Source: Octopus bimaculoides (taxonomy: Eukaryota). From it: DNA of 64,000 nucleotides. A program made the position numbers and the translations under genes. Positions 62,242-64,000 of this stretch are shown in pieces (the first letter of the stretch is position 1; each line of letters opens with the position of its first letter). Location: the NCBI RefSeq assembly GCF_001194135.2, contig NC_068985.1:54569627-54633626 (forward strand), given 5' to 3'. Under the pieces are notes generated by a model that ran no database searches, was not told the DNA's origin, and saw nothing but the letters and a program-made list of their open reading frames with translations.

Positions 62242-64000
62242 ATGTGTGTGTGTATGCATCTATATAGATACACACACACATATGTATGTATAGCATATAC
62301 AATGCATATATAAGTGTTGGTGTGTATGTATTTTATGTGTATTTGTATTGTACATGACTTTATTAATGCGTCAAACACTCACCAAATGCTAACCAATTTT
62401 CACTTTAAACCTTAAAAAAAAAAACCCTATTATAATTATTGAAGTATTTTTCTACAATTTATTTTTCTGTGTTTTATTTTATTTCTATTCTCTTTAATTT
62501 TTACAATTTTTTTTTTTGTGTTTTGTTCATTTAAAAAAATTTTTTTACAAGTTAAATAAAATTCTTTTTTTTAAAAAAAAAAAAACTATCTTCCTTATAT
62601 TGTCTGCAGTAAAAGACTTGCAGCTTAGGAACAGTTTTTTTTTTTTATGGCAATTTTTAAATAACTGTGATATCTGCTGCATTCTACAAAATTATTTTAA
62701 AAAAATAATAAAAGCAAACCAAAAACAGTGATAATATTCTGTGAAAACAAACATATTTTGTATAAAGTTTCATGTGCATTTTTTCTCATTTTTAAGAGTT
62801 GTCAAATATTTTGACTTAAAAATTATTATTTTTTAGTTCAGGTTTGTATTAGATAAACAAATAAATAAATAGATATACAAGTATAATGGGGAAAGACAAT
62901 TAAGTAATTAATTACTAAAAACTTAAAAGAAATATTTTTAAACATTTATTTTTTGAATCCACAATATGTATATGGCACTAATTAGTTTTAACAGTGGATA
63001 AAGCTGATGACGCTATAAATAATAGTGTCTAGAATATTAGGTTTAAAATCCCTTTAGTCAGAAAAGTCAAAGGCTGCCCATGAAACAAGAACCTATATCT
63101 TCTGTTAATATGACAGATGTTCTAACTACTATACCAAAGCAATCCTTTAAATTTTCTCCTTCTGTTTTAGAAGTTTTGTTCTTACCAGCAAGAATTGTAT
63201 GTTGGTTATACCATAAGAATTAAAACACACCAAGAGCTCTAAAATAGATTGTTTTAAATGATGGAACTTGAAGTAGATAAAGCTATAAAAAACAGTGTAG
63301 AAGATCGAGTTAAAAAAACCCTTGGATGGAAAAAGAAAATGAAGGCTGGATGCAAACATCATAATATGTATCTGTTTTAAGCTTAGAAACTATTGGAGAT
63401 TTTCAATGAATTGTAAATGTTACAGTTTATTTAAGTTTATTAAATTAACACATTAAAAGATACATATAAACCTTGTAATTTTAATAATGAATAACTACAT
63501 ACTAAGGAGAAAACTAAGTTTGATACTATATTGTACAACTGAGCTGCATATATTATATTATTATGTCTAACTAATGAGCTGAATATACAGGTTGCAGCAA
63601 AAATTAAGAAAAAAAATGCAACTTCTCACATTTTATTGGTTGACAAATGTTTAACAGCAAACACACGGTGTTCACTGGTTCAGACCATGATGGCAACATT
63701 AGCTATATGAAGATACCCAACTTTAATAGTGCCACACCAACAGCCATGTCAAAGATGAAAGTTTTTTGCTCCTGCACTATGTATGTGTGTGTGTATATGT
63801 AGTGTGATCTCACAAATGCACAATGTGCATCTTTTGAAATCATGGTGGCAATTGAAAAAAGAAATGGAAAAACCTTAGCTATGTGAAGACACTGTTACTA
63901 TCTGCCTAATTTCACTATGTCCAATGGTCATGTATAAAGTCGAAGGTTTTCTGCATAAAGAAATAGAATTAGAAGCAAAAATTTGGTGAAAAAACCCATG

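Noticed and set aside
63004-63035. CTGATGA followed by a 5-bp hairpin
   Set aside because: Not followed by GAAA.
1-64000. CRISPR arrays, rRNA, genuine tRNA genes, LTR retrotransposons, prokaryotic operons
   Set aside because: None seen. The tRNA-like A/B boxes all belong to SINE heads, and the tandem arrays have no unique spacers.

Overview
AT-rich, repeat-dense eukaryotic scaffold with many N gaps. The repeat families and microsatellite load look like a coleoid cephalopod, most likely Octopus (inference). One protein-coding gene is well supported: a + strand 4-finger C2H2 zinc-finger gene (CDS 33925-34234 joined to 43884-44068, 164 aa, phase-1 intron in the TGE linker). A decayed, near-full-length Tx1/L1-clade LINE lies just upstream of it. 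The rest is mobile-element debris and (TA)n/(CA)n/(AAT)n/(CAT)n microsatellites. The debris includes RTE, CR1-like and R4/Dong-like LINE fragments, two Penelope-like elements (one Neptune-type), a DD36E Tc1/mariner transposon, hAT and piggyBac MITEs, foldback elements and at least three tRNA-derived SINE families. Best second-look items: two type-I hammerhead ribozyme motifs and a loop-less 194-bp palindrome around the Neptune element; the DD36E transposon; a Penelope 5' inversion with a 44-bp duplication; a SINE tail shared with a CR1-like LINE 3' end; and retroelements stacked in (AAT)n/(ATT)n tracts. I found no convincing wholly new biological system; most signals are new instances of known classes. 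The long Y/I/X-rich ORFs in the track are microsatellite/gap artefacts. All alignments and folds were done by eye, and many repeat boundaries are approximate.
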